Origin: an uncultured Chloroflexia bacterium
GTDB taxonomy: Bacteria > Chloroflexota > Anaerolineae > CG2-30-64-16
Direction: 5' to 3'
Assembly (NCBI GenBank): GCA_963774265.1
Contig: CAVZDU010000002.1
Span: forward strand, 1-64,000
DNA length: 64,000 nt
The position numbers were made by a program, and so were the translations under genes. A model generated the notes under the pieces. It was not told the origin of the DNA and did not search any database. It saw only the letters and a list, made by a program, of their open reading frames with translations. Shown one piece after another: positions 50,780-60,645 of this stretch. Positions within the stretch are counted from its first letter, which is position 1. Every line of letters starts with the position of its first letter.

Positions 50780-52414
50780 CTACGTCCGGATCGACTGAGG
50801 GCGCACCCGGCCCGGCTTGCGTTTTTGAGCTTGATGCGATCTCGTCTGGGTGCGCGCCTGTTTTTCTTCCTGCCAGTGTCTGATCAAAATCTCGACCCGA
50901 TCCATCACCTGATGCACGTTCAACCCGGTGGTATCCACCACAATCGCGTCTGGCGCAGCCATCAAGGGTGCATGCTGTCGGTTGGAGTCATATTCATCGC
51001 GACGCTTCACGTCGCGCAAGACCTGTTCGGAGTCAACCAACTCACCGCGGGCCCGGCGCTCAAGAAAACGGCGACGAGCTCGCTCGGGTAGGGTGGCATC
51101 CAGGTAGATTTTGAGGTCCGCGTCTGGAAGCACAATGGTGCCGATATCTCGGCCTACCATAACGATCCTGCCGCCCTCGCCGATGCGACGCTGGGCCAGG
51201 CGCATCGCTTCTCGCACGCCCGCATAGGCGGAAACCGGACTGACTGCCTTCTCCACCTCAATCCTACGAATGTCCCAACTGACATCCTGCCCGTCAGCCA
51301 GAACCGTCACATCTCGTCCATCATCCACCGTGGGCGAAAGCACGTCGATTTGCACGGCTTCGGCCATTTCAGTGACTGCCTGCTCATCGTGGGGCGAAAT
51401 ACCGCGTGCCAGAGCGACGGCTGCCACTGCACGATACATAACACCAGTGTCGAAATAGAGATAACCGAGCTGCTTGGCCAGGAGCCCGCCGATGGTGCTC
51501 TTGCCCGAAGCGGATGGACCGTCAATTGCAATGGTGCTGGGCCCCAAAGTAGATGGACTGCTTCCCTGGACCTCTGTTGCCGCGGGGAACTCTTTGGGGG
51601 TTGCACCCTCCCCATGATAGGCTGCCTCGCGGAGTGAGCGCAACTCGCCCTGCGTCAGGTCGCGCCACGTTCCTGCACGAAGTTCTCCGAGCGACAGCGG
51701 GCCTAGCCCGATGCGGATAACTCGCAGCGCAGGATGGCCCAGTAGCGAGACCATGCGGCGCACCTGCCTCTTGCGGCCCTCACGCAAGGTGATTTTAAGC
51801 CAACTAACGCGCGGCACGGGCCCCTGCTTGCGTTCGGGCGCTCGCCCTTTGCTGACGTCGGTCGGCGCGGCCTTGCGCTGCGTCACGAACATGGGCGGCG
51901 GCTCTTTGAGGAGTGCGACGCGCGCCGGTAAGGTCGGACCGTCATCGAGCATGATCCCGTGCTGGAGCCGACGCAATTTGCGCACGTTAGGCACCCCCTC
52001 TACTTGCACCAGATAGGTTTTCGGATGTTCGTAACGTGGGTGGGAAAGATGTAGAGCCAGCTCGCCGTCATTGGTCAGCAGGAGCAGCCCTTCGCTGTCG
52101 TGATCAAGCCGCCCGACGGCATAGAGCCGCTCAGGAACCTTGACCACCTCCTCCCATGAGGGATACCCGGCCTTCGGATCAGGGCCAGATAACATCCCAA
52201 AAGGTTTATTTAGCACGATATAGCGGAGCCGCTCAAATTGAATGAGCTTCCCGTCAACGCGCACCTCGCATTTTTCGGGCTCGACTTTGACACCCAGTGT
52301 CCTGACAACATGGCCATCGACAGTGACTCGACCGGCCTCGATCATCTCTTCACTCGCTCGTCGCGAAGCGACGCCGGCATGCGCCAGCAATTTCTGGAGT
52401 CTTTCCTCAGGCAT
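50780..52414 (-). CDS. RluB-like rRNA pseudouridine synthase fused in frame to cytidylate kinase
   Basis: RLQKLLAHAGVASRR (S4), VGRLD, EGRKRQVRRM; linker; IAIDGPSASGKST, DTGVMYR, GRDIGT, RRDEYD. Confidence 0.88.
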   Translation of the reverse strand: MPEERLQKLLAHAGVASRRASEEMIEAGRVTVDGHVVRTLGVKVEPEKCEVRVDGKLIQFERLRYIVLNKPFGMLSGPDPKAGYPSWEEVVKVPERLYAVGRLDHDSEGLLLLTNDGELALHLSHPRYEHPKTYLVQVEGVPNVRKLRRLQHGIMLDDGPTLPARVALLKEPPPMFVTQRKAAPTDVSKGRAPERKQGPVPRVSWLKITLREGRKRQVRRMVSLLGHPALRVIRIGLGPLSLGELRAGTWRDLTQGELRSLREAAYHGEGATPKEFPAATEVQGSSPSTLGPSTIAIDGPSASGKSTIGGLLAKQLGYLYFDTGVMYRAVAAVALARGISPHDEQAVTEMAEAVQIDVLSPTVDDGRDVTVLADGQDVSWDIRRIEVEKAVSPVSAYAGVREAMRLAQRRIGEGGRIVMVGRDIGTIVLPDADLKIYLDATLPERARRRFLERRARGELVDSEQVLRDVKRRDEYDSNRQHAPLMAAPDAIVVDTTGLNVHQVMDRVEILIRHWQEEKQARTQTRSHQAQKRKPGRVRPQSIRT

Positions 52415-52416
52415 TA

Positions 52417-53613
52417 TTATGGACCTTGCGAGACAGATAACGAGACGGTAGCCACCGGCTCTGAGCCAAGAACCCACCACAGCTCTCCTATGGGGGCTGT
52501 CGTGGTCACAACCGCGCCCGCCTCAATGCGTAGAACTGGCACCAAGAGCGGACGCTGCCAAGCCGGCACCAATATATCAGAGGTTGCTTCTGACCGTAGA
52601 AGGTAGGAATGGCCATCACTCCCGATGATCCAGGCCAGCGCAGTATCAGGCAGGGCAAGATGATGCGGGGAGAAGGCTGCGGCGGCGTAATCAAGCAGCT
52701 TCCGCGCATCTTTATAGCGCTCCTGACTCCCCAACTCAGCCAATATGGTCGTGCGGTCATCCCGGGTCACCGATGCGACCAGACACTCACCTGCTTCGTC
52801 CGTGGTGCCGGTCTTAACCCCATCCGCACCATCGTAGGAACCCAGGAGTTCGTTCGTGTTCTGAAGCTGATGACCAGCAACCGTGGCCGATCCGAGCGCC
52901 ACGATCTTCGCAATACTCTCATTCTGTAGAGCAGCCCGCGCCAACACAGCCAGATCTGCCGCACTGGTCAACTGCCCCGCAGCATCGAGGCCGTGCACAT
53001 TGGCGTAGCTGGTCGAGTTCAATCCCATGGCGCGCGCTCGAGCATTCATCATATCCACAAAGTCAGCTTCGGTGCCGGCAACATGCTCGGCGAGTGCGAC
53101 TGCGGCGTCATTCCCGGAGGGGATCAGGAGCCCATACAATAGCTCCAGGACAGTGAGCCGATCGCCTGCGGTCAAGCCCATCCGGCTGCCGGCCGTTGCT
53201 GCAGCGGCCCGCGAAACAACCACCTCGTCATCCAGGGGAACCTGGTCTATGACGACGAGCGCAGTCATTAGTTTCACGGTGGAAGCTGGTGGACGCGCTT
53301 CGGTCGAAGCTTTCTCAAAAAGCGCCTCTCCTGTCCGAAGGTCAACCACCAACGCGGATGACGCCGTGACAGTAGGGACGTTGCGGGTCCGAATCAGTGC
53401 TTCAACGTTCTCAGGTGCCAAGCGGAGAGGAGGATGATCCCCGTCAGTGATCACTGGCGGACCGAATCCGACGCACACCACAAGAAACGCGGCCCAAAGA
53501 CCAACCCGAAACAGAACACGCGAAAACAGTGCGGAAAACGTTTGACGCTCACCCGCCTCTGCGATAAAATGCACTGTGCTGTGCATGTGAAGGTCTCTGC
53601 CTAGGTTCAGCAC
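52417..53613 (-). CDS. D-alanyl-D-alanine carboxypeptidase (S11); start uncertain
   Basis: PASTVKLMT (SxxK), PSGNDAA (SxN), VKTGTT (KTG). Confidence 0.9.
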   Translation of the reverse strand: MLNLGRDLHMHSTVHFIAEAGERQTFSALFSRVLFRVGLWAAFLVVCVGFGPPVITDGDHPPLRLAPENVEALIRTRNVPTVTASSALVVDLRTGEALFEKASTEARPPASTVKLMTALVVIDQVPLDDEVVVSRAAAATAGSRMGLTAGDRLTVLELLYGLLIPSGNDAAVALAEHVAGTEADFVDMMNARARAMGLNSTSYANVHGLDAAGQLTSAADLAVLARAALQNESIAKIVALGSATVAGHQLQNTNELLGSYDGADGVKTGTTDEAGECLVASVTRDDRTTILAELGSQERYKDARKLLDYAAAAFSPHHLALPDTALAWIIGSDGHSYLLRSEATSDILVPAWQRPLLVPVLRIEAGAVVTTTAPIGELWWVLGSEPVATVSLSVSQGP

Positions 53614-53637
53614 ATACTAACCCTTCTGAGGTTTGCA

Positions 53638-53883
53638 ATGCCGGTTTACGAGTATCAATGCCAAGCGTGTGACAAGCGTTTTGAAGCCCTTCGGCCGATG
53701 AGCCAAATGGATGCGCAGATTGCCTGTCCAGAGTGCGCAACGTCCAATGTGCGCCGCTCAATCTCGGTTTTTGCCGCTATCAGTCGTGAGGCTGGCGGTG
53801 GAAGCCGCATGGTCGCCAGCAGCACATCCAGTAGCGGTTGCGGCGGTTGCTCAGGCGGCAACTGCGCCAGTTGCGGCCATTGA
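53638..53883 (+). CDS. FmdB-family zinc-ribbon protein
   Basis: MPVYEYQCQAC...CPEC...C-terminal CGGCSGGNCASC. Confidence 0.88.
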   Translation: MPVYEYQCQACDKRFEALRPMSQMDAQIACPECATSNVRRSISVFAAISREAGGGSRMVASSTSSSGCGGCSGGNCASCGH

Positions 53884-53970
53884 GCCATCCTTGAAATCCC
53901 CCCCGCCGACCACAAAAGAAGGGGCGCCGTTACCGGCACCCCTTTGCCTCCAATGAGCTCGATCGGGGCG

Positions 53971-54523
53971 TCAGTCGGCGCCGTGGACGATGATATCGTA
54001 GGTTCTCACGTTATTGTCGCGGTCACGCTCTCCTGCGACGGGCACAACTTCTACGATTAGCTTGTAATGCGAACGCATAGGCAACTCGGTAACCTGCGTA
54101 AACCGCACGACACGCACCTCATCCGGTCCGAGTGAACGGACGGCGATCGTCTCGTTCACCAATTCGCCGGATGTCGACACATCATGCGGATCGAAAAGCC
54201 GCGCGAGACACGCGCACTACAGGCTCTGCAACTCGCCCTTGGTTCTCGATCGCGACCAACAGCGTCACCCCGCCATTTGACATGATCTGAGCAGCATCGA
54301 GGGGCGGATCGAAGTCCACGCCCATGATCGCCACTCCGCGCTCGTCGGGAGCGACCGTGGCTAGCGGAGCGATCGGCGATGCGGCTGACGCCGGCTGTAC
54401 AACTTCAATGAGGGGTTGGCAAGCCGATAACGCCAAAGCCGCGAAGAGCGCCAGTAGGGTGGGAACTAAACGGCGCAAGCAGAGCACGCTGGCTGGCAGC
54501 CTTGTGCAAAACATCATACTCAT
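53971..54523 (-). CDS. Hypothetical lipoprotein with an Ig/CARDB-like domain; frameshift near 54205
   Basis: LALSAC lipobox, VAIENQG, and GERDRDNN in the next frame (ORFs 54182-54577 and 53971-54180). Confidence 0.6.
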
Positions 54524-54627
54524 TTCATGATAGTCTGGATGAGCGGATTTGTCAAAGACAACACCCCGCTCACCCATCCCTAACGTACAGCCTTTTCCCC
54601 CGGATACGGTCTAGCCGGCCAGGCGAA

Positions 54628-55581
54628 TCATGCGGTCTGCGTCTGGGCCGCTTGCGATCCGTTCGTTCGCTTCTTGGTGCCGAACCAATCTCTCTCGGTC
54701 CAACCGACCAAGAGCGGTACGGCGATGAAGATCGATGAGTAGGAGCCCGAAATCATGCCAATCAGCAACACGGTGATGAACTGCTTCATCGTCGCGCCGC
54801 CGAACAAAAGGACGCTGACCATGATGAATACCGCGTTAAGTTGCGTGGCCAACGACCGGTGGAGTGTTTCCATCAGACTGCGATTGGCGAGATTGGTGAA
54901 TGAATCGCCGCGATACTTCGGGGAATTCTCGCGGATGCGGTCGAAGACCACAATCGTGTCCTGCATCGAGAAACTGATCACCGTCAGCAATGCGGTCAGA
55001 AAGAGAGCATCCGCCTCCCAGCCCAGGAAGATGCTTGCGATGGCGAATAGTCCCAAGACTAAGACTAGGTCGTGGATCATGGCAATAATGGCCGAGGCGC
55101 CGTATCGGAATGGATTAGGCACCTTTCGGAACGCCACCACCATGAAACCCAGAATCGCAATGGATCCGGCCACGATGGCCAGAACGGCGGCTTGAGTCAC
55201 CTCCCGCCCGATGGCGGGACCCACCTGGCTGTACTGCAGCTCCTGGAACGTCCCGTATTTGGCCGTCACAGCCTGGGTAAGCGTCGTCTTCTCGACATCG
55301 TCAATGGGTTTCAGGCGGACCTGAAGGGTCGTTCCGGTAGCGCCCAGTGTGGTGACCGCAGGTTCTCCAGCTCCGTTGTCAATGAAGACCTGGCGTAGCT
55401 CAGCGGGCTGTACCGGCCGCTCGAACTGCATTTGCCATAAGGAGCCGCCCGTAAAGTCGATGGCCAGCTTGACGGGCAGGCCGGTTGTCGCCAGCAGGTA
55501 GATCATCGCGATCATGCCCAGGGCGATAATGACTCCGGAGAAAAGAAAATACCACTTGCGCTTCTCGACAAGGTGGAACAT
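54628..55581 (-). CDS. secF: Protein translocase subunit SecF
   Basis: IDFTGG, VGPAIG, HDLV, DTIVVFDRIRE, GSYSSIFIAVP. Confidence 0.95.
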   Translation of the reverse strand: MFHLVEKRKWYFLFSGVIIALGMIAMIYLLATTGLPVKLAIDFTGGSLWQMQFERPVQPAELRQVFIDNGAGEPAVTTLGATGTTLQVRLKPIDDVEKTTLTQAVTAKYGTFQELQYSQVGPAIGREVTQAAVLAIVAGSIAILGFMVVAFRKVPNPFRYGASAIIAMIHDLVLVLGLFAIASIFLGWEADALFLTALLTVISFSMQDTIVVFDRIRENSPKYRGDSFTNLANRSLMETLHRSLATQLNAVFIMVSVLLFGGATMKQFITVLLIGMISGSYSSIFIAVPLLVGWTERDWFGTKKRTNGSQAAQTQTA

Positions 55582-55591
55582 AGTCTCTACC

Positions 55592-56980
55592 TCAAATCCC
55601 TATCAGCCACTGCCGTTCGCGCAGGGCCTCACTGCCGGCGCGAGCGAAGACGAAGCGCATTAGGGTGCGCGTCACCACCACGGCCGTGAACATGCTAACT
55701 AGCACACCGATGCCAAGGTTCAGCGCGAACCCTAGCACTGCTTGGGCGCCGAAGGTTCGGCCAAATATGATCAGGATCAAACAAATGATCAGCGTCGACA
55801 GATTGGAGTCTAGAATGGACGTCCAGGCGCGGCTGAAACCTGCCTCGAGAGCTTGGCGCAAGGAGCGCCCCCAGCGCAACTCTTCCTTCATACGCTCGAA
55901 GACCAGGATGTTGGCGTCGACGGCCATGCCGGTCGAGAGCAAGAAACCGACGATGCCGGGAAGGGTAAGCGTGACGGGCACCAGCTTGTATAGCGCCAGG
56001 TTCAGACCTGCGTAGAGCAGAAGAGCCAACGATGCCAGCGCGCCAGGCAAACGATAGTAGATAATCATGAAGAAGAGCACGGTGCCGAGGCCAATGAGGC
56101 CGGCTGTGAGGCTCTTGCGCACTGAATCTGCACCCAGTGACGCGCCTACGGTGCTGCGATTGACGACTTCCAACGGCACAGGCAGCGAGCCGTAGCGCAT
56201 TTGCACGGCAAGGTTTTGCGCCGCTTCCAGGGTGAAACTTCCGGTGATCTCACCGCTGCCGTCGGGAATCGCGCTGTTAATCGAGGGCGCCGAAAGCACC
56301 TGATTGTCCAGCACGATTGCGAGCACCTTACCAATATGCGATGCAGTGTAGTCTTTGAAGAGCGTCGCGCCGCTCTGCTTCAGCTCAAAAGTAATCACTG
56401 GCTTACCGAGCTGATCCAACTGGGTGCCTGCGGTCTGTAGATCTCGGCCCGTCATGATCGTTGTGAAAGTCTGGTCCGGATGGGGGTTGGGCATCTTGCC
56501 AAGCTTAGCAGCATCCGGCGGATCAGGGTTGTTCGTGGTGCGCAGATAATCACCTTGGGTGACAAGCGTTCCGTCGGGAATCTCAACAAACTCGAGCTGG
56601 CCGGTACTGCGGAGGGTCTGTACGGCTGCTTCCGGATTGTTGATGCCTGGCAACTCAACAATGATACGGTTTGCACCCTGCAGCTGCACGAGCGGTTCAG
56701 TGACGCCGAGCCCATTCACACGGCGCTCGACGATCGTTTTGGCGGCCGTCATGTCCTCAGTGGTCACGGTCTGCCCCGTAGGCGGCTTCGCCTCCAACAA
56801 GACCTGCGTCCCACCCTGTAAATCCAAACCCTGCTTGATCTTCAGATCCCGGAAGTCGGCGGGCTGCCAGAAGAGCAACTGTTTGACGAACTGTGGATGC
56901 TCGATCGGCAGGTTAATGTACAACACGATCGCCGCCAGCAGGAGGATCAGCATCAACACCAATGTGTTGCGATTGCGCAT
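55592..56980 (-). CDS. secD: Protein translocase subunit SecD
   Basis: GLDLQGG, RVNGLGVTEP, IVLDN, GMAVDANILVFERMKEE, DSNLST; GGGGAG RBS before ATG 56980. Confidence 0.95.
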   Translation of the reverse strand: MRNRNTLVLMLILLLAAIVLYINLPIEHPQFVKQLLFWQPADFRDLKIKQGLDLQGGTQVLLEAKPPTGQTVTTEDMTAAKTIVERRVNGLGVTEPLVQLQGANRIIVELPGINNPEAAVQTLRSTGQLEFVEIPDGTLVTQGDYLRTTNNPDPPDAAKLGKMPNPHPDQTFTTIMTGRDLQTAGTQLDQLGKPVITFELKQSGATLFKDYTASHIGKVLAIVLDNQVLSAPSINSAIPDGSGEITGSFTLEAAQNLAVQMRYGSLPVPLEVVNRSTVGASLGADSVRKSLTAGLIGLGTVLFFMIIYYRLPGALASLALLLYAGLNLALYKLVPVTLTLPGIVGFLLSTGMAVDANILVFERMKEELRWGRSLRQALEAGFSRAWTSILDSNLSTLIICLILIIFGRTFGAQAVLGFALNLGIGVLVSMFTAVVVTRTLMRFVFARAGSEALRERQWLIGI

Positions 56981-57076
56981 TCTCTTCTCCCCCAAAGATA
57001 ATTTCAGTGGCTGCCACCACCACAAAAGCTTGGGCATAATTAGCCCCGCAAGGTCCTTGCGGGGCACAACAGAATG

Positions 57077-57105
57077 ATTATACCGCTGGGGATAGGCTCT
57101 GTCAA
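57077..57105 (-). promoter_or_regulatory. Consensus sigma70 promoter for secDF
   Basis: Minus strand TTGACA (57105-57100), 17 nt, TATAAT (57082-57077). Confidence 0.85.
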
Positions 57106-57467
57106 AAAGCATGGCTGTGCACCAGTGCGAGGGACCGCACAAGGATCTCGTCAGGCGAGAGTTCATCGGTGGCGATGTAGAGGTCGCAGTGCGCACGGGC
57201 GTGACGCAGGCGATGGCGCTCCTCGTCGAGCAGCCAGGATTCAAAATGGCGGTCGCCGCGGCGCATCCGTGTGGTCTCAATCGCGCAGTCGAGGAAGATG
57301 AGAATGTCGGGATTAGTGATGCGCTGCCACATGTATGGAACGTAAGAATGTTCCTGGAGCACCTGGCGCGCGTTGAAACCATGGGCGCGCAGACCCTTCA
57401 CAAGCGTCGACTTGCCTGCCGCGCACACTCCGACTACGGCGATAAGCGGACGATCATCCAAGTCCAT
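57102..57467 (-). CDS. Small P-loop (nucleotide kinase-like) protein
   Basis: VVGVCAAGKSTL, QEHSYVPYMW, PDILIFLD. Confidence 0.7.
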   Translation of the reverse strand: MDLDDRPLIAVVGVCAAGKSTLVKGLRAHGFNARQVLQEHSYVPYMWQRITNPDILIFLDCAIETTRMRRGDRHFESWLLDEERHRLRHARAHCDLYIATDELSPDEILVRSLALVHSHAF

Positions 57468-57519
57468 GATCGATCAAACATAGGCAAGCCATCTCGCAGA
57501 TCGAACTTGCGCCAATGCA

Positions 57520-58272
57520 TTATCGCTGCACGACCGCGGGCAAAGGAAAGGAGACCGACATGCGTCTGATCTCGAGCGGATCTTCTGGGTGGCGATCGAA
57601 TACACGGATCACAACGACGGTCGTGTCGTCGCCTGGGCGACACTCATCGGCTGCTACTGCAACATCCAGCAGATTATCAGCCAGGATCTGTGCAGAGGTC
57701 AAGGCATTCACTTGCAGCGTAGCGAGCGCAACGCGGATATCAAGCGGTGCACCTCGACGCGAGCCTGAATGCAGCACACCGTCCGTGAACGCCACAATCA
57801 CCTGGCCGGCAGTCAATGGCCACTCGTCGATCACAGGCCTGATACGGGAGCCCACACCCACTGCGTCCGCTGGCGAGTCGAGAGCAGTCCATTCCGCATC
57901 TAAGGGATCAGCCTCTGATGCATGCCAAATCAAGACCGGACACTGACTATTGCGCGACGTGACTACCGTGCGCGTCTCCAGGTCGATAGAGATGATGATC
58001 AACTCGGCCGACACCTGCCCCCCCCGCTGCGTGCGAAGATAATCGTGAGTAGCGCGTGCCACCGCACCATCGCGCACCCCTTCAGACAGGAGAGCAATAG
58101 CTTTCTGCACCGCGATATTGCTGATGGCTTTGGCAGACTTGCCGCTGCGTTGGCCGTCCACTATGACAACTGAAAGTCCACCGTTGGGGCGCTCGACGAC
58201 CTCAACAGAGTCGCCACTCTCGGCCACCGCGTACTTGGCCACCTTGGCCACAGCAATTTCGACCGCCAACAT
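57520..58272 (-). CDS. PP2C/SpoIIE-family protein phosphatase
   Basis: ESGD, VDGQRSG, FTDGV, GDDTTV. Confidence 0.88.
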   Translation of the reverse strand: MLAVEIAVAKVAKYAVAESGDSVEVVERPNGGLSVVIVDGQRSGKSAKAISNIAVQKAIALLSEGVRDGAVARATHDYLRTQRGGQVSAELIIISIDLETRTVVTSRNSQCPVLIWHASEADPLDAEWTALDSPADAVGVGSRIRPVIDEWPLTAGQVIVAFTDGVLHSGSRRGAPLDIRVALATLQVNALTSAQILADNLLDVAVAADECRPGDDTTVVVIRVFDRHPEDPLEIRRMSVSFPLPAVVQR

Positions 58273-59771
58273 CAGTTCCCCGCCCTCTCTCTCAACCAGA
58301 CCCAGGCGTCTTCTTCCGTATGGATTGCACCGGTCGCCTGTGCTTCTCGGAGCGCCTCAAGCAATACACCGACCTGGGGGCTCGGTTCCAGCCCAAGAGC
58401 GCGCATCACTTGCCGGCCGTTCAGAAGGGGCGTCGGATCAACACGCTCCTTTCCCTTACGAAAAAAAGCGTCGAGCAACTCGCGGGTCGTCTGGCGGCGC
58501 TTATCCCAACCATTGCCATCGGGCGCACGAGCATGGGTAGCCAGGTGATCAGCCAGACTCAACAAGACCACATCCGGCCCGGTACTCTCGGCGTCACGGA
58601 AGAAACGGTACTCTGCGCGGCGGCTATAAGGATACTCGTGGGCTAATTCGCCCGGCCGCATGTGCAAATCGGTCAGTCGTGCCACATAGGCGATCTCATC
58701 GCCCGACATTTTAAGCGCGCTCAGCCGGGCCTGGGCCAAGAGCGCACCCCAGTGGTCATGATCAAAGAAACGTACGCGGCCAGTCTCTTCCACAGTGCGT
58801 TTCGCAGGCTTCCCCCAGTCATGCGTCAACGCTGCCCAGCACAACAGGTCGCGACGATTGCGCCCAGCCGCCAATGGAAGGCTCAAATGAAGCCCTATCT
58901 GCACCTGATATGGCTCAAGCAGCGCCGCAACCTCGCGCCACTGCTCCACACTTGCTATCACTGTATTGTCATCCTCGGCCGCCTCCGGAATATGAAAAGG
59001 ACCATCAGTCCACAGGAGCGCGAAGATGCCGTGCAAATGAGCAAGCACACTGCGACTATGGTCAAACACATCCTGGTAGTGTGGGGCGGATTGGGTCACA
59101 CCGCGCTGCGCGGCCGACTCAGGCAGAACCGGCGGAAGAAGCGCGAGATCGGAGAGAAGACGCAAATGACGCCAGCCACTAGGGGCAACTACGATTCGCA
59201 TCAGTTCGTCCCGCACGCGCTCCGGCGACACGGACGACAACTGGTGCGCGTCACGGCGTATGAGGTTAAATGTCGCACCCTCGATCACCAAGTTGAGCTC
59301 TGCGACCATCCGCACACCGCGCAGCATGCGCAGTGGATCGTCGGAAAACGCTCCTTCGGTCACAGCACGAAGAAGCCGGCGGTTCAGGTCCTCGCGGCCA
59401 TCAAACGGATCCACCAGGGCCAACCCTTCACCGTTCAAGTCCATCGCCATTGCATTGACGGTGAAATCGCGCAGGGCTAGATCGTCCAGCAGTTCAGGCG
59501 CACGCAAGCGCGCGACATCAACTTCAAGCGATTCGCCGTCTACGAGGGGCAAAATAGCGCGGCCCACATCACGGTCAGCATCCAGCACGAACGAAGCACC
59601 GCCAAAGGCATTCGCCAAGCTGCGGGCCAGCCGAACGGCGCCCTCTGGCACGATCAGGTCGAGGTCGTGGGTTGGGCGGCCAAGCAGAAGGTCGCGCACA
59701 TACCCGCCGACCAGCCACGCAGGCCGCCCACCCTGGCGAATGAAATCAATGACCTGTTCGATCATTTTCAA
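58272..59771 (-). CDS. CCA-adding/poly(A) polymerase-family nucleotidyltransferase with HD domain
   Basis: LVGGYVRD, DLD, RDFTVNAMA, DDPLRMLR, ERVRDEL, THDWGKP. Confidence 0.92.
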   Translation of the reverse strand: MKMIEQVIDFIRQGGRPAWLVGGYVRDLLLGRPTHDLDLIVPEGAVRLARSLANAFGGASFVLDADRDVGRAILPLVDGESLEVDVARLRAPELLDDLALRDFTVNAMAMDLNGEGLALVDPFDGREDLNRRLLRAVTEGAFSDDPLRMLRGVRMVAELNLVIEGATFNLIRRDAHQLSSVSPERVRDELMRIVVAPSGWRHLRLLSDLALLPPVLPESAAQRGVTQSAPHYQDVFDHSRSVLAHLHGIFALLWTDGPFHIPEAAEDDNTVIASVEQWREVAALLEPYQVQIGLHLSLPLAAGRNRRDLLCWAALTHDWGKPAKRTVEETGRVRFFDHDHWGALLAQARLSALKMSGDEIAYVARLTDLHMRPGELAHEYPYSRRAEYRFFRDAESTGPDVVLLSLADHLATHARAPDGNGWDKRRQTTRELLDAFFRKGKERVDPTPLLNGRQVMRALGLEPSPQVGVLLEALREAQATGAIHTEEDAWVWLRERAGN

Positions 59772-59776
59772 CTGAC

Positions 59777-60645
59777 TTACATTAGCGCCGCAACGAGTTC
59801 TGCGATTTCACCGGGGTGCCTAGCGACGCGCACGCCAGCAGATTCAAGCGCTTTGATTTTGTCAGCCGCGGTGCCCTTGCCGCCACTAATGATTGCGCCC
59901 GCATGGCCCATGCGTTTTCCTGGGGCGCGGTTTGCCCTGCAATAAAGGCAGTGACAGGCTTGGTCATCTGCGCCGCGATGAACTCAGCGGCTTTCTCCTC
60001 GTCTGTACCGCCGATCTCGCCAATCATTACCACCTGTCGCGTTTCAGGATCGTCCTCAAACAGACGCAGCACATCGATGAAGCTCGTGCCGTTGATGGGG
60101 TCGCCGCCGATTCCGACGGCCGTCGATTGGCCGATTCCCCGCTGAGTGAGCGCGTAGACCACTTCGTATGTCAGCGTACCAGAGCGACTTACTACCCCCA
60201 CGTTTCCGCGAGTGTGGATGTAGCCGGGCATGATCCCCACTTTTGCCTCACTGGGGGTGATCAGACCAGGGCAGTTCGGGCCGATTAGCCGGGACTTCAT
60301 CCCGTCCAGATAGGCGCGAACCTTGAGCATGTCCAACGCGGGTATGCCCTCGGTGATGCAAACAATCAATCCAATGCCTGCATCCGCCGCCTCAAGAATG
60401 GCATCGGGAGCGAATTTGGCGGGCACGTAGATAATGCTAACGTTGGCGCCGGTTGCGAAAACGGCTTCGGCAGTACTATCAAAGATCGGCACATTGCCGA
60501 CGGCCCAGCCACCACCTTTGCCGGGTGTGACACCGGCCACAACCGGTGTACCGTAGGCCAGCATTTGCTCGGTATGGAATGCGCCCTCGCGACCGGTAAT
60601 ACCCTGCACGACCAGACGGGAATCTTTATCGACCAAGATGCTCAT
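59777..60645 (-). CDS. sucD: Succinyl-CoA synthetase alpha subunit; frameshift near 59923
   Basis: [25 protein letters not shown]; the catalytic RMGHAGAI lies in the adjacent frame, stop at 59777. Confidence 0.95.

Noticed and set aside
56981-57382. 133-aa N-terminal extension of SecD in the ORF track
   Set aside because: It overlaps the P-loop gene and spans the consensus secDF promoter, so most of it lies upstream of the likely transcript start.
3641-60645. Frameshifted genes as true pseudogenes or programmed frameshifts
   Set aside because: Single-base events in otherwise intact housekeeping genes, with no slippery heptamers or other decay; sequencing error is the simpler explanation.
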